This document shows positions 36,377-37,509 of a DNA stretch of 37,509 nucleotides, one piece after another. Position 1 is the stretch's first letter. Every line of letters starts with the position of its first letter. The notes under the pieces were generated by a model that saw nothing but the letters and a program-made list of their open reading frames with translations, was not told the DNA's origin and ran no database searches. The stretch lies in the NCBI GenBank assembly GCA_050290125.1, contig JBNKHB010000001.1, positions 1 through 37,509 on the forward strand, read 5' to 3'. This DNA comes from Robiginitalea sp. (GTDB lineage: Bacteria > Bacteroidota > Bacteroidia > Flavobacteriales > Flavobacteriaceae). The position numbers and the translations under genes were made by a program.

Positions 36377-37081
36377 ATGGAATCTAAAAAGAATCCGAAA
36401 GCCGATCTTAGAAGGAACAGCGGGCTGTACTTTGTGCTGGGATTGGCTCTGGTAATGGCGCTGGTGTATGTGGCACTGGAATGGAAAACCTATGATAAGG
36501 TGAATGACTACGACATCTCCATGGATGTGGAGGATTTGCTGGACGAGGAAGTTCCGATGACGGAACAGATCAAAACCCCTCCGCCGCCCCCTCCGCCCGC
36601 CGCCCCCGAAGTAATCGAGGTGGTTGAGGACGAAGAAGAAGTGGAAGAAACCGTTATTGAGTCCACCGAGACCAGCCAGGAAGAAGAGATCATTGAAGTG
36701 GAAGACGTGGAAGTTGAAGAGGTGGAAGAAGATATCGACGTACCCTTCGCCGTCATTGAAGACGTACCGATCTTCCCGGGCTGCGAAGGCGCCAGCGATA
36801 AGCGCGCCTGCTTTAACGAAATGATGCAGGAGCATGTGCGGAAGAATTTCCGTTATCCTGAGATTGCCCAGGAGATGGGGATCCAGGGAAGGGTGTCCGT
36901 AATGTTTACCATCCAGAAGGACGGCAGCATCGGAAACATTCGCATGCGCGGACCGGACAAGAACCTGGAAGCTGAAGCCCGCAGGATCATCGAGCGCCTG
37001 CCGAAAATGACACCCGGAAAACAGCGGGGTCGTGCCGTACGCGTACCCTTCAGCCTTCCGATCATGTTCAAGCTGCAATAA
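36377..37081 (+). CDS. tonB: Energy transducer TonB
   Basis: N-terminal TM helix; poly-Pro and acidic linker; YPEIAQEMGIQGRV and PGKQRG TonB C-terminal domain. Confidence 0.9.
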   Translation: MESKKNPKADLRRNSGLYFVLGLALVMALVYVALEWKTYDKVNDYDISMDVEDLLDEEVPMTEQIKTPPPPPPPAAPEVIEVVEDEEEVEETVIESTETSQEEEIIEVEDVEVEEVEEDIDVPFAVIEDVPIFPGCEGASDKRACFNEMMQEHVRKNFRYPEIAQEMGIQGRVSVMFTIQKDGSIGNIRMRGPDKNLEAEARRIIERLPKMTPGKQRGRAVRVPFSLPIMFKLQ

Positions 37082-37113
37082 GCGTAACTACGCTCAACAA
37101 TACTACACTCAAG

Positions 37114-37142
37114 AAAGCCCCGGCCCAGCGCCGGGGTTTTTT
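37114..37142 (+). terminator. Intrinsic terminator after tonB
   Basis: GCCCCGGC-ccagc-GCCGGGGT stem followed by a T tract and preceded by AAA. Confidence 0.85.
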
Positions 37143-37184
37143 ATTGCCGGCCTTCACAAATTAGCACATTTGCAAATTGACCTG

Positions 37185-37192
37185 TATCTTTG
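37185..37192 (+). promoter_or_regulatory. -7 promoter element for cyoE
   Basis: TATCTTTG, 17 nt upstream of the ATG at 37210. Confidence 0.65.
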
Positions 37193-37209
37193 CGGCCCGA
37201 TCAGCGCGT

Positions 37210-37509
37210 ATGAAACCCGCAACAGGTACCGTTCAGCCAGGCGCTATTCAGCTGGCTTTCACCGACTTCAAGGAGATCACCAAGGCCAAACTGGCGATAA
37301 GCGTGGTATTTTCCGCGGTGGCCGGCTATTTCCTGGGTGCGGAGAGCTTCCGCCTGGGTCCTTTGCTGTTACTGATCCTGGGCGGCTATTGTATGGTCGG
37401 CGCCTCCAATGCTTATAACCAGATCATAGAAAGGGACCTGGATGCCCGGATGCACCGCACGCGTCACCGCCCCATACCCTCCGGACGGATGCGGGTTCCG
37501 CAGGCCTTG
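37210..37509 (+). CDS. cyoE: Protoheme IX farnesyltransferase (heme O synthase), 5' part, runs off the window
   Basis: Hand translation: MKPATG...EITKAKLAISVVFSAVAGY...GASNAYNQIIERDLDARMHRTRHRPIPSGR (UbiA/CtaB motif); not in the supplied ORF track. Confidence 0.92.
   Translation, partial: MKPATGTVQPGAIQLAFTDFKEITKAKLAISVVFSAVAGYFLGAESFRLGPLLLLILGGYCMVGASNAYNQIIERDLDARMHRTRHRPIPSGRMRVPQAL

Noticed and set aside
36580-36740. Repetitive CCG and GAAGAA tracts
   Set aside because: Encode the normal poly-Pro and acidic linker of TonB
37032-37418. 128-aa ORF after tonB
   Set aside because: Crosses the tonB terminator and is out of frame with cyoE starting at 37210
1-37509. CRISPR array, tRNA/rRNA, IS or prophage
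   Set aside because: No regularly spaced repeats, cloverleaf-like intergenic sequence, transposase, integrase or phage genes seen; intergenic spaces are short

Overview
GC-rich Flavobacteriaceae (Bacteroidota) chromosomal segment, Robiginitalea-like by inference from gene content, sprA and TAnnTTTG promoters. Core genes: the 3' part of the alternative complex III operon (actB partial, actC-F) followed by aa3-type oxidase subunits II and I, a GIN-domain protein, an acyl-CoA oxidase, pckA and ruvB; later queG, a sugar MFS transporter, maeB, ruvA, sprA, gcvH, vanZ-like, tonB and the start of cyoE/ctaB. A ~9 kb accessory-looking block between ruvB and queG is the most interesting part. It holds two tandem regulators (SCO4226/DUF4242 His/Cys sensor + degenerate class III cyclase-like domain + AraC HTH), a TsdA-type thiosulfate dehydrogenase, two exported DsrE-like proteins (one Tat, one Sec), a TauE/SafE transporter and an ACAD-fold putative flavin monooxygenase. 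Three of these units are preceded by the same layout (TGAaaCAwwTGT-like box, second box 21 bp later, -7-like element 37 bp after that) and a fourth by a single box with the same 37 bp spacing. This suggests a self-regulated periplasmic thiosulfate/tetrathionate sulfur-relay regulon. A TetR/cupin/cytochrome c unit with readable operators follows. No rRNA, tRNA, CRISPR array or mobile element was seen. All family calls come from motif recognition by eye; no database searches were run.
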